Positions 1 through 10,356 of a DNA stretch of 64,000 nucleotides are shown piece after piece. Source of the stretch: Tubulanus polymorphus (lineage: Eukaryota; Animalia; Nemertea); contig NC_134034.1 of assembly GCF_964204645.1 (NCBI RefSeq), positions 5,678,914-5,742,913 of the forward strand, in the 5' to 3' direction. A program made the position numbers and the translations under genes. Below the pieces are notes generated by a model, which did not search any database, was not told the DNA's origin, and saw only the letters and a list, made by a program, of their open reading frames with translations. How positions within the stretch are numbered: position 1 is the first letter of the stretch; every line of letters starts with the position of its first letter.

Positions 1-2208
1 AAGACTGGTGCCATAAGGTTGATTGTTCATTGTTTATGTCTTGTGTCAATGTCCCCCCCCCCCAATTTCTCAACAGATTTGCACTAATCTCAAGTGTGAT
101 ATAAATGGTACCATGCCTGCAGAAATCTGCGGAAAATGTTCACCCCTGAACTTGGATCATGCTTAGGCCATTGATTTAGTAGAGCTTCTTAGGATGATGT
201 AGAGTCAAAATTGTGTTCTTTAAATTCATTCTAGCTTAGCATCGATCAGCCGAATGTCAACTTGAGCGCATTTGACAGATTTCATGAGTTAACTGAAGGG
301 TTTGATGGTACTTGCCGCCTAAACGCTGGATCCTATAGGCTGCACATTATGCAGCATTAACCAGGCCGGTTTTACAGACAGGTAATAACATTAAACTAGG
401 GGTTAACTTAATTGAAGATGGGTTTACTCAATTGTAGATGAATTGAGTAAGCCCCTGGGTTAAAGTAAATATAAGTCTATACAATCAGGCCCAGGAGTTA
501 TATTTCAGCAAGATTAATCCCTACCGCAGCCATGATCAGAAACTTGGGAAGTGGTTTCCAATGCTCAACAATCTAACAATTTCAATATTCAACGCCCCTG
601 GTGACCATATACAAATACCAATGACCTTGAAACTCACTACAATCATAGAACATGTCAGCAGCTACGATTTTGTAATTGATGTGATAACAAAATATGCCCT
701 GTTACCAATTTAATATGGAAATACTAAGTAATTCTACTATTCAACGCCCCTGGTGACCATATTCAAAAAACAATAACCTTATCACTAACCACAATCATAG
801 AACATGTCATAAACTACAACTTTGCAATTGATCATGGTAACAAAACATGCCTAGGTACCAATCTAATACGGAAATACTTAATTATTCTACTATTCAAGCC
901 CCCTGGTGACCATATAGAATAACTAATGTCCTTAAAACTCACCACAATCATAGAGAATGTCATGAGCTACAACTTTGCAATCGATTGTGGTAACAAAATA
1001 TGCTTAGGTATCAAAATAATGTGGAAAAACTTTTTCCCACCTACGAATGAGTACTGATGATACCAAGATGGCCGCCAATTGCGTCATAATTGGCCGATCA
1101 AAAATACCTGGCTCAGATATAAAACAGCCCTTTCCAAAGAATACCCTTCACAAATTGCAATGAGGAATGGCAAACCAGTAGGAAGCTACAGGACTCAGAA
1201 TTTGGGCCAAAATTGACATTTTGGGGCACTAAAAAGGTCATAGGACGGCCATCTTGAGTCCGATCGACCCAATTTTTCTTATGGTGATGGGCCTTGGGGG
1301 ATTCAAATATATACGAAAGATCATGGTAATTGATCTAAGCGTCTTCAAAATTTCCCTCAAAAAGTTCAACTAGAAAGAAACTTTTTAATAGGACGACGAC
1401 AGAGAATAGAAATTAAAAGTGGAACTCAGGGTGAATAGGTTGGTTGCTAAGGCTTACACACTGTAGTGCTTTTCAAACACATTTGCAAGTCAGGTCCAAA
1501 CGAAGTTCCACTGTTAGACAAAGAGTTGAACATATAATGCAAGTTTAAGGTATTACAGAGATTTAAGGCAAAACGGAGCAGTTAGCATCCCTGCAAGTTT
1601 GAAAACTAGATGGAAAAAGGTCCCGAGGCTCGAAATATTGTAAGCTCGATCAACAAAATCGTTGTCGGTATGGATTGATATTGCCTTACATACAATTAGA
1701 GGGGTTGAGGAATAAAGGTATCATTTTAGCCATCGGTGCATGTTTAATCAAAGTTATACTTACCATGACCACCAGATGAAGTCTGCTCTCGGCACAATTG
1801 CCAAGAACCCATGGCATAGGCCGATGACCAGTCCATGGGGTACAAGCTTCACATCCATGTGTTAACACAGTTGTTTTGAAGCTGTTCACAGACTGAACCT
1901 AAGGCCAACTGCTAGCTGTACCCTTAGGGCCTAGAGCTAGTATAACGATCGGCCAAATGAAACAGAATGAATATTTACCAGCAGTATCATTAGAATTCTT
2001 ACACGATATCTTAAAGATTGATTATGGGAATCTTTGACTTGAAAAATGTTTGATAGATCAAGGAGAATGATACAAAACAATTACGATGAGGGTGTAGTCC
2101 GGTTACTGACGAGAAGTTACCTAATCGTTGGTGGTTAAAGCTTTTATAATCGGAATCGTGAATAATATTTCTTCTGCTAATTAAAGACCTTTTCGATATA
2201 ACCAGCGT

Positions 2209-2465
2209 TGTCGTTACGAGTGTAACGGTGGAGAATTGAACATAGAAAAACGTGACTGCTTGGTTAAGATATCATAGCAAGAGTGTCCTTTATTTTACGT
2301 AATGATTACAAAAGAGTATAGTACGCATGCACGGGCCAGCAAAGATGAAGAGAAACCGCAGATATAAACCAGATGTAAACAGCTATATGCATGAATAGAA
2401 TTAGTAACGCTTGACTTCAATATAGTTATGTAAGTTGGGTGAGAATTGGGACGCAGTTTCCGACA
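2209..2465 (-). repeat. 3' LTR (257 bp)
   Basis: TGTCGTTACG...TTTCCGACA; differs from 8077-8331 by one substitution and one 2-bp indel. Confidence 0.97.
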
Positions 2466-2473
2466 TCCTCCCC
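2466..2473 (-). other. Polypurine tract
   Basis: Minus strand reads GGGGAGGA immediately before the 3' LTR. Confidence 0.85.
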
Positions 2474-2622
2474 GGCCGAAAAGTGTTGAGAAGAAAGTTA
2501 GAGTTATTGACTGACACGTATTAAAGTTCGTAAATAGCACTTCTGGGATCTACTAATGATTATGATAAGCTCGGAGAGCCGAGAGCGTTAATATATATAT
2601 AATACGTGGTATAATCCGTGGA

Positions 2623-4023
2623 TTAATAGTTATCCATAGCAATTTTCGCTATTCTTTCGCGTGCTTTAATTGCCGCCTTGCGATTCGGTCGTTCGTTGCT
2701 TGGCGGCGATTCAATTCGTTCGATTTCTTTAGTTTCGAAGCAAGACTTATCCACGTTTAGCTCCAGTGGATATAGTTTCCGAATAGCTCGGCAGGTGGTT
2801 CCGTGCACAGTTTTTACGTGAGCCGCTCGGATATAGCCATCCTCCGAACTCTTCAGTACAGATTTGATAATACCTAATTTCCAGTGGTGACGTGGTATAT
2901 CTTTATCATGTATTATAACCACGTCACCAGTTTTCACGGTGTTAGCTTTCGCGCCATTTTTCTTAATTTCGTTTGCGTGACGTTCACGCAGTACTGCGAG
3001 GTACTCATTTTTGAAGCGCTTCTGAAAGTGTCGAATTATTTGCGCTCGGTGAAACGCCATTTTTTGAAGAGACTGGCTAACTTTACCTTGACCGAATTCT
3101 GGGTCGAAAATTTCGGTCTCATCGATACTTTCACACGGAATCAATTCGACTTCGCGACCGAACAGTAACGAGTTCGGTGTTATGGGTTTGATATCATCGA
3201 TCTCTGACGGGATGACGGTTAAGGGGCGGTTATTTATCGTAGCTTGTATTTCTTTAATCAAGGTTTGTAATTCGTCTAATGATACTTGTGCATGCGCTAG
3301 AACCTTTTTAATAGCGGTTTTGACGATGCCGATGCATCTTTCATGCACCCCCGCCATCCATGGCGCTTGGACCGGAGTATATTTAAACTTCATTCTTTTA
3401 TCCGCGTAGATTTTTTGTGCGTTGTCGGATGAAGCGATTTCATACAGACGTTTTATCTCAGCCTCCCCCGCGATGAAGGTTTTCGCGTTGTCCGAGTATA
3501 TAATATTCGGAGCCGAATACGAACTACAGAAGCATCGGAATGCCCTGATGTAAGAATCAACGGTTGCGTCTGTAACTATCTCGAGATGAATTGCTCGAGT
3601 CGTACAGCATGTGAAAAGACAAATATAAACTTTATTTTCGCCGCGGACGTATAAATGGCCAGTAAAGTCGATGGCCGTAGCGGTGAATGGTTTTAGCTCA
3701 TTGAGCCTGAAACTGGGTAATGGTGGTGGTGCTAGATATGGGCGACCGTACAATCTTTTGCATGTCACGCATTTCCTCAGTATTTTCTTTGCTAGAGATC
3801 TAAGAGATGTGATCCAGAAACGTTTGCGGACTTTGTTGACTGTCATTCCTGTGCCGTAGTGAAATACCGATTCGTGTGCATCCCTGACAATTAATGACGC
3901 TAGGTACGACTGGTTTGGGATGAGAATGGGTTCTTTCCGTGCTTGGGTTATTTCAGCATTTCTGAGCCTGCCAGCACATCTCAATGTTCCTTCCGCATTG
4001 CGATAGACCCCTAATTGTCGCAC
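2623..4023 (-). CDS. BEL/Pao integrase part of the polyprotein (HHCC zinc finger, DDE core, C-terminal DUF5641-like region)
   Basis: HESVFH...CVTC; catalytic IDFTG, SDNAKTF, HERCIG; NNRPLT; R...KLYPLE tail. Confidence 0.93.
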   Translation of the reverse strand: MRQLGVYRNAEGTLRCAGRLRNAEITQARKEPILIPNQSYLASLIVRDAHESVFHYGTGMTVNKVRKRFWITSLRSLAKKILRKCVTCKRLYGRPYLAPPPLPSFRLNELKPFTATAIDFTGHLYVRGENKVYICLFTCCTTRAIHLEIVTDATVDSYIRAFRCFCSSYSAPNIIYSDNAKTFIAGEAEIKRLYEIASSDNAQKIYADKRMKFKYTPVQAPWMAGVHERCIGIVKTAIKKVLAHAQVSLDELQTLIKEIQATINNRPLTVIPSEIDDIKPITPNSLLFGREVELIPCESIDETEIFDPEFGQGKVSQSLQKMAFHRAQIIRHFQKRFKNEYLAVLRERHANEIKKNGAKANTVKTGDVVIIHDKDIPRHHWKLGIIKSVLKSSEDGYIRAAHVKTVHGTTCRAIRKLYPLELNVDKSCFETKEIERIESPPSNERPNRKAAIKARERIAKIAMDNY

Positions 4024-4083
4024 TATAGTCGGACACTTTCGATGTCTTGTGGGTGAAGTAAGAGTGGACTTCCGGATATTCCT

Positions 4084-7000
4084 TCAGTTGGACACTTTGT
4101 ATCCAGATGCCTCTCGTATATCGTCTGCTGAAATGATGTTTTTAGATTTTAACCCTTTTCTGAAGGCTCGTTTGACCAACGCGGTGACCCGTAATAGTCT
4201 TCGATAGTCAGTGAAGTCCTGAACCTGTATGATCTGGTCTATACCAGTAATTTCCGCCTGACCGGTCCTTGTCTGGAATTCATTTTCAATCTCTAGGCTA
4301 GCGACGAGTATGACCGAGGTGTCTGGTTGGTCGTCGGGAGGTGGTTCGTCTTGGTTTTCCATCCACTCTGGGCCAGTAATCCACATTGATCTCATGAGCT
4401 CGTCATATGTGGCCCCTCTCGAAAGGATGTCTGCTGGATTTAGCTTCGACGGTACGTGCTTCCACTCATGCACATTGCAGAGCTGTTTAATCGCTGTAAC
4501 TCGATTTTTTACGAACACTTTAAGTTCCTTTTCTGATTTCAACCAGTACAGGGCTACAGCTGAGTCTGTGAAATAATGATTGTCAATGCCTGCGTATTCC
4601 TTCTCGTAGATTCTTCTGATTGAATCGGCGTATTTCGCTGCCATAACCATGCCCTCTAATTCAAGTTTTGGGACTGTCCACCCGGCCTTTGCTTTAGAGA
4701 TGACCTTGTTTTTCGAGCCTATGAGACGTATTTTGTTGCCTTGCTTTCCATATATAACACAGCCTACCGCACTATTTGGGGCTGCGTCGCAAAATACCAT
4801 AAGTTTAATCGGTGATTCGTTGTCGAATCCGAGCCACCTCGGAAATTCGATCTGATGAGTCTGATTTAGATTGTTGTGAATGATGCTCCATTCCTTTAGC
4901 TCGCTTTGGTCTAATTCTTGATCCCACTCTTTGGACGACTGCCAGAGTTTGTTGATAAACACCTTAGCAGTAACTGTAACTGGAGCAACCAGACCTAGTG
5001 GGTCAAATACTGCCGCTGTGCGTGATGCGACCTTTCGCTTTGTTATGGTGGCTTCAGTCTGTGTCATTGATTTCCTGGCTATAGTTATGATGTCATTATC
5101 TGCATTCCAGGTCATTCCTAGCAGTGGCACTGATGTTGTATCTCTCACATGGATATCTCGGTTGGTTGCCTTTTTCATTAGGAGTTGAGAGTTAGATGCC
5201 CACTGCCTCAGTCTGAAGTTACCCCGTTGCATTATCTCCATAGCTTCTTCGAAGTATTCAGATACTTGGTCTTCTTTGCTTAATGTACTGAGTAGATTGT
5301 CAACGTAGAGTTTCATACCCATGTCCTGTGCCACCCACGAGTCTCGGTGGGCGTCAAAGTGTTTCGACAGGACAGCCGCCAGCGTGAATGGGCTCGCCGT
5401 AGATCCAAATATGACGGTATTATGTTGGTATGGGACGATGCCCTTCGATGGATCGTTATCCTTATACCAAAGGAAACTTACGTATCGTCTATCTTTCTCC
5501 GCTAGTTGAACTGACAAAAAGGCTCGGGCGATGTCGGCTGACATAGCGACTACACCCGTTCTGAACTGCATGATCAGTGAGGGCAGATCCACCAGCATAT
5601 TGGGCCCTTGGTATAAACAGTCGTTCAGTGAGGGTGAACCTGCGCTCGCGTCAAATACTATTCTCAGTGGAGTTGTTGGGCTGTCTTTCATGATGAAGAA
5701 GTGTGGGATGTAATAACAACCCTCTTCCAACAAGGCTTGGTCTGGGTTTGGGATTTCCGAGACAGTATTCTTCTCAATATGCTCTTGCATCACCTTGGTG
5801 TATGCGCCCATAAGTTCAAGGCGTTGTAGACGATGAGTTACTTGTTTTAATCTGTACCTACTCTGGGTTAGATTGTTTTGAAGTTCTGAGTGGTCTTCCT
5901 TCCATGGTAGCGGTGCGTAGTAGCAGTTATCCTTGTACTGGATTTTCTTTTTATAATCCTCTAAGAATATATTATCCTCTATGCATCCTTGATCTTCGAA
6001 ATGGCCAGGGAATTCGGCGGTATTATTCTGCAGGAATTCGTTGAGTATCGTGTTACTAAATTTTTGGTTAGCATCCCCAATCCCTAGCATATCAGAAACT
6101 GCGGTAAGCGTGAATGCATGTGGATTGTGGTCATCTTTGTACAACGGACCATAAACAAAACAACCGAGATTAGAAAATTGGATGATTGGCCCACCGGGGA
6201 TATTTTCCGTACGGTTTTCGAGGAATAAATATAGGTGACCGCAACCGATTAATATATCCACGGTGAATAACTCAGCTTCGAAATTATCCGCGAGGTGGTC
6301 TAATCTAGATATTTCCGGAAACTCAAGACATTCGGCCCATCGTTTGAGATATATGGGCTTAACGATTTCATTCGATATGGCGACATCGATATGTATCATA
6401 CCTTCGGTGGTAACGATGCCTACGGAAGCGATGTCATACACGCGTTTTGAAGTATGACCCCCAAAACCATTTACGGTCAACGATCGTTGGTAGCGCGGTT
6501 TTAACCTGAGAGCGGTGGCTATATCCTTGCGGATGTAACTGAGCATGGAACCGTGGTCGAGAAGGAGATTTGCATTTTTAAACTTATGACCATTATTTTC
6601 CAGATTAATTTGGCCCGTTTCCAACAAAACTATATCGCTGGGAGCAACGGCAGCCTGAATCGCATTGCTTTCACAAGTATATTCCGATTGATTTTCGCAT
6701 GTATTTTCCGACTGATTTTCGCATGTATATTCCGTTGTTTGATTCGACAAACTTTCACATGTTTCGCTCACAATCTCGTGATTGTGGCCTCGATTCGCAT
6801 TTGGTTCGATTAATCCAATGTTTGTGTTTTTGTTTTGTATCGCTGCGCATCCAGTCGTAGTAGTTAAATTATCTCTGTGTAGACTTGTGTGGTGTTGCCT
6901 GTTGCACTTCATACATCTACCCGAATTCCGGAAATTTATTACTGGATGGTTCGGTTTCAGGCAATTAATACACAGTTGCCGCTCTTCAGTTTTCGCTTTT

Positions 7001-7368
7001 CGATTTTCGAGATTTAGATGACATCTGGTAGGTCCATGTTCTCCGTCGCAGAATGGACACTGGTATCTTCGCTGGTTTCCGACAAAGGATGTAGTTGTCA
7101 TTCTCGGTCGCTGTTGGTTAGACGATGTTGATGTGATTTCTCCAATGTTTTCAAGTTGTTCTTCGAATTTCTTAATAAATTTATCGAGTTCAAAATCACC
7201 TGCTTGGCCACATGTGCCCATCTTTTCGAGAAAGACTCTCGGGATTTTCTTTTCCATTGATGTGACAATAAATGAAGCACATGCGTTGACATCTACGCCC
7301 AGGTGTTGTAAAGATCGAATGTTGGCGTTGGCTTGATTGACGAATTGTGATAGAGACGCAAAGTTCAT
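4084..7368 (-). CDS. BEL/Pao gag C-terminus, aspartic protease, reverse transcriptase and RNase H
   Basis: Three zinc knuckles (CPFC..H....C; CINC....H, with the last Cys replaced by Phe; CMKC...HHTSLH). Protease LLDHGS; RT LRIVFDAS, ADIARAF, FGSTASPF, YVDN; RNase H VFCDAA, PKLEL, FTDS, NPADILSRG. Confidence 0.95.
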   Translation of the reverse strand: MNFASLSQFVNQANANIRSLQHLGVDVNACASFIVTSMEKKIPRVFLEKMGTCGQAGDFELDKFIKKFEEQLENIGEITSTSSNQQRPRMTTTSFVGNQRRYQCPFCDGEHGPTRCHLNLENRKAKTEERQLCINCLKPNHPVINFRNSGRCMKCNRQHHTSLHRDNLTTTTGCAAIQNKNTNIGLIEPNANRGHNHEIVSETCESLSNQTTEYTCENQSENTCENQSEYTCESNAIQAAVAPSDIVLLETGQINLENNGHKFKNANLLLDHGSMLSYIRKDIATALRLKPRYQRSLTVNGFGGHTSKRVYDIASVGIVTTEGMIHIDVAISNEIVKPIYLKRWAECLEFPEISRLDHLADNFEAELFTVDILIGCGHLYLFLENRTENIPGGPIIQFSNLGCFVYGPLYKDDHNPHAFTLTAVSDMLGIGDANQKFSNTILNEFLQNNTAEFPGHFEDQGCIEDNIFLEDYKKKIQYKDNCYYAPLPWKEDHSELQNNLTQSRYRLKQVTHRLQRLELMGAYTKVMQEHIEKNTVSEIPNPDQALLEEGCYYIPHFFIMKDSPTTPLRIVFDASAGSPSLNDCLYQGPNMLVDLPSLIMQFRTGVVAMSADIARAFLSVQLAEKDRRYVSFLWYKDNDPSKGIVPYQHNTVIFGSTASPFTLAAVLSKHFDAHRDSWVAQDMGMKLYVDNLLSTLSKEDQVSEYFEEAMEIMQRGNFRLRQWASNSQLLMKKATNRDIHVRDTTSVPLLGMTWNADNDIITIARKSMTQTEATITKRKVASRTAAVFDPLGLVAPVTVTAKVFINKLWQSSKEWDQELDQSELKEWSIIHNNLNQTHQIEFPRWLGFDNESPIKLMVFCDAAPNSAVGCVIYGKQGNKIRLIGSKNKVISKAKAGWTVPKLELEGMVMAAKYADSIRRIYEKEYAGIDNHYFTDSAVALYWLKSEKELKVFVKNRVTAIKQLCNVHEWKHVPSKLNPADILSRGATYDELMRSMWITGPEWMENQDEPPPDDQPDTSVILVASLEIENEFQTRTGQAEITGIDQIIQVQDFTDYRRLLRVTALVKRAFRKGLKSKNIISADDIREASGYKVSN

Positions 7369-7386
7369 AGCCGCTGGTGGTAATTC

Positions 7387-8028
7387 TTAAAGGTTGTTTA
7401 CGTGAGCGCGAACTATTTTACGTTTCTGTCCGAATCGATCCGTGAGTATTGATATTAAGGAGTCCAAATTAGAACCGGACGCGTGGATACCCTTAACGGC
7501 ATCAAGTGCGTTACCTCTCAGCTGCCCGATTATGTAGTTAAATTTAGTGATTTGTGAGAATTTACCCATCAATACGTCAGCTTGTATTGTCTCCCAAAAT
7601 GATGTCCAATCAGTATAATTCCCGCTGAACGTTGGTAATTTCAGTTTGGGTAAGTGCCCGGTCTTCTGGGTGTCGGTATCCTGGATCTGCTCAGGCTTGG
7701 TGTTCTGATGATTACGATTTTCGAGGTACTTTTTTATTTTCAAGAGTCTTATGCGTTCCTGGCTGCGTCTTTCATTCGAATCTTTGATTTCTTTTTCGAA
7801 TTCATCGTCGTCTTTTCGCATTTCTTGGATTCTTTCTGCTAATGTTTCTCTGGATTCGTGGACCAGTCGCATCTCGTCTAATCGTGCTTCGATTTCGGTT
7901 GCATCGTCTTCTGCGATATTGACTTCTTGCATAAGTATTAGGATTCGCTCGTAGTTCGTATCAAATGTGTCGATATCCGCATGTCTTCGTTTTCGGAGCT
8001 GGTCCAGCGTTTCTTTTTCTTTTGGCAT
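7387..8028 (-). CDS. BEL/Pao gag N-terminus (DUF1759-like)
   Basis: LPKLKLPTFSGNYTDWTSFWE...KFNY...L.G.A; same frame as the downstream ORF and separated from it by one TAA. Confidence 0.9.
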   Translation of the reverse strand: MPKEKETLDQLRKRRHADIDTFDTNYERILILMQEVNIAEDDATEIEARLDEMRLVHESRETLAERIQEMRKDDDEFEKEIKDSNERRSQERIRLLKIKKYLENRNHQNTKPEQIQDTDTQKTGHLPKLKLPTFSGNYTDWTSFWETIQADVLMGKFSQITKFNYIIGQLRGNALDAVKGIHASGSNLDSLISILTDRFGQKRKIVRAHVNNL

Positions 8029-8058
8029 TTTGATCGTCTAGAGGTTTTGGTTTGTGTT

Positions 8059-8076
8059 ATCCTGGTCACGGCACCA
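8059..8076 (-). promoter_or_regulatory. Primer binding site, tRNA-His(GUG)
   Basis: Minus strand TGGTGCCGTGACCAGGAT directly after the 5' LTR. It is complementary to the 3' 18 nt of invertebrate tRNA-His (ATCCTGGTCACGGCA-CCA, recalled sequence). Confidence 0.88.
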
Positions 8077-8331
8077 TGTCGTTACGAGTGTAACGGTGGA
8101 GAATTGAACATAGAAAAACGTGACTGCTTGGTTAAGATATCATAGCAAGTGTCCTTTATTTTACGTAATGATTACAAAAGAGTATAGTACGCATGCGCGG
8201 GCCAGCAAAGATGAAGAGAAACCGCAGATATAAACCAGATGTAAACAGCTATATGCATGAATAGAATTAGTAACGCTTGACTTCAATATAGTTATGTAAG
8301 TTGGGTGAGAATTGGGACGCAGTTTCCGACA
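8077..8331 (-). repeat. 5' LTR (255 bp)
   Basis: Direct repeat of 2209-2465, followed by TSD AGCGT. Confidence 0.97.
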
Positions 8332-9339
8332 AGCGTGTGGATTGTAGACTACGCGCCACCCACTCCGTAACGCGCATTATCTATTACTGATACATACACG
8401 GTGATCGCTGCGTATATAAGACGATATTGCCTAAGGGACTGTAACTAATCGACGCGCGCTCTCATCACTGTGCCGCAAACTAGATACACATAATCGGGCT
8501 CTAAAAACGGATCGCTGACGCGAAAGCCCAAAAGAATCAATGACGATTAATTATTTTACTAGTAATAGTAAGATAGTTTTCAGCGTTGCTCGACGTACGA
8601 GTATCGATTCAACAGCAGCTAATGTTGAATCGATGTAGCACGTGTACTCGCTGAGTCCATATCACCAATGCGTAAACATTCAATTAATCCGCTGACACAC
8701 ACACCAAGAAAATACGGAAATTTCGGGCAATAAACGACAAAATAAATTTCCCGATATCTATATACGGAAATAAACAACTAAATCATGGAATAGGCCTATG
8801 TAAAGTGCTATTTCAAAAATGTATGCATGGCACTATTTTAAGCGCGGACTAATACAGTTTTACTTCTAGACATGGGTGGCGCTACTTCAGAATTTCAATT
8901 TTTTTATTTCCGCAATATTTTATTAACCAAGCAACAAAAATTCACCATATACGAACTCAACCTTCCTTTTTTCGTATTTAAGCGACTGAAAGTTTCAGAC
9001 GCGTACGTGGCTTTAAACAAACGTTATCGCTTGACGTGACGGATTTCACGATAACAATAGGACAACGTGTACTACGTACCGTCGTCCTAAAAAGTGCTGA
9101 TTTTGACGAACAACAATGGCTGCCAGTCAGCCATCTTGATTCTGACAGGGCCAGTTTTTGGGCTGGAGATGTGTCTAGGGTAGATACATGAATAACCAAA
9201 TATCAAGACATTACCTTGAAGCGTCTTCAAAACTTCCCAAAATAACTGGATTCCGTCTACGGATGGAAGGACGGACGAATAGTGAACGCAATAGCCCGCT
9301 GGGACTAAAGTGGGCTAAAAAGCATATCATAAATAGTAC

Positions 9340-9497
9340 CTCTTTTGGTTCAACTGGATCAACAGCAGCGCATGTTTGAGTAGTTTCGTCGATAAGTAAA
9401 TACATATAATTATCTGACAACGCAGGTATTAATCTTATCTTCATGTCTTTATGTTTCAGTATCTGATGTGCTGAATGATGGTAAGTTCTGTAACAAT
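9340..9497 (-). CDS. HAGH: Exon of hydroxyacylglutathione hydrolase (glyoxalase II)
   Basis: [35 protein letters not shown] is the glyoxalase II N-terminus. Acceptor tttcttcag at 9498, donor GAG|gtacta at 9339. Other exons were not found in this window. Confidence 0.88.
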
Positions 9498-10356
9498 CTG
9501 AAGAAAAAAATATTCATTGATTATATCATTCAACCTGAAGTTAAGAGCTTGATAATGTGTGACTTTTGATCATTTGGCAATATGTGGATTGACATTAGTA
9601 AGACAGATGCATTTTGAGAATCCAATATGGCTACCAGCTACTACAATGCGAATACAACTGAAAGTGATAAGTATTGTAACTTTTACCAAACACAATTTCT
9701 AGAAAAGTGAAGGACTGGAAACTGTTTTGCAATATTCAAATATGATCACCAGGCAACCATCTTGAATGCAATACTTACAAAAATCAATAGGGATCATTAT
9801 CTGCATACCAGATATTTACTATGCAAATAGGATGGTCTACAAAGTCATTGCACCCTGTATGAGGGACCAATGTGAGAATCCCATGTGGTAGCAAATCCAC
9901 CATCCCGAATGGAACTATGATCAAAATTAATGAACATCACAACCAGCATAGCATACTCTTTTCATCAAAATAAAGGCTCTACCTTATAAACTGCACCTTG
10001 TAGTAAAACAGCGAAATAGTTTCAAAATCAAATGTGGTCACCAGTCAGCCATCTAGCAAATAGAGTCAAGGCCTATGTCGGGGACAACTTATGCATTCAT
10101 CGTGTATGTTGAAGCCTTGAAAATGGAACATCCCTAATGCATTATTACACTCCAACTAAAACCCATTAAAAAGAGTTGATTATAAATTGGAATATTCCTT
10201 ATCATGACAAATTCGTATGTAAATCAGAAAATTGTCGACAGATAAATTGTGAAATGCCAATTCAAAATAACTAATGGATATTGATTGATGAATTTACAGT
10301 GAAATCCCGCCCAGTGTTCACATCAAAAGAATTCAAAACAACAAATGTGCCTTACA

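Larger units (their letters stand above)
2209..8331 (-). mobile_element. Full-length BEL/Pao LTR retrotransposon, recent insertion, ORF disrupted
   Basis: Two near-identical TG...CA LTRs and a 5-bp TSD AGCGT (2204-2208, 8332-8336). PBS and PPT are present. Domain order is gag-PR-RT-RH-IN. Confidence 0.97.
1359..9090 (-). mobile_element. Second Helentron/HINE-like element (family B, about 1.6 kb without the LTR insert)
   Basis: Interrupts family A. It has subterminal inverted repeats TAGGACGACG (1389-1398) and CGTCGTCCTA (9080-9089), a 5' hairpin (9058-9089) and a 3' hairpin AAAAAGTT...AACTTTTT containing CTAG (1359-1386). It sits in an A/T run with no TSD. Confidence 0.6.
543..9320 (-). mobile_element. 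DINE/HINE-type (Helentron-associated) non-autonomous element, family A, split by a nested insertion at about 1359-9090
   Basis: 543-1358 plus 9091-9320 is the reverse complement of the copies at 41504-42766 and 58786-60060. Shared features are the 5' hairpin TAGCCC...GGGCTA, the (GTCC)-type microsatellite and about 154-bp internal tandem units. The 3' terminus is truncated near 543. Confidence 0.8.

Noticed and set aside
2474-2622. env-like third ORF in the BEL/Pao element
   Set aside because: Only about 150 bp lie between the integrase stop and the PPT
9211-9339. C-terminal half of the 77-aa ORF as part of glyoxalase II
   Set aside because: It reads through the splice donor into intron and HINE sequence
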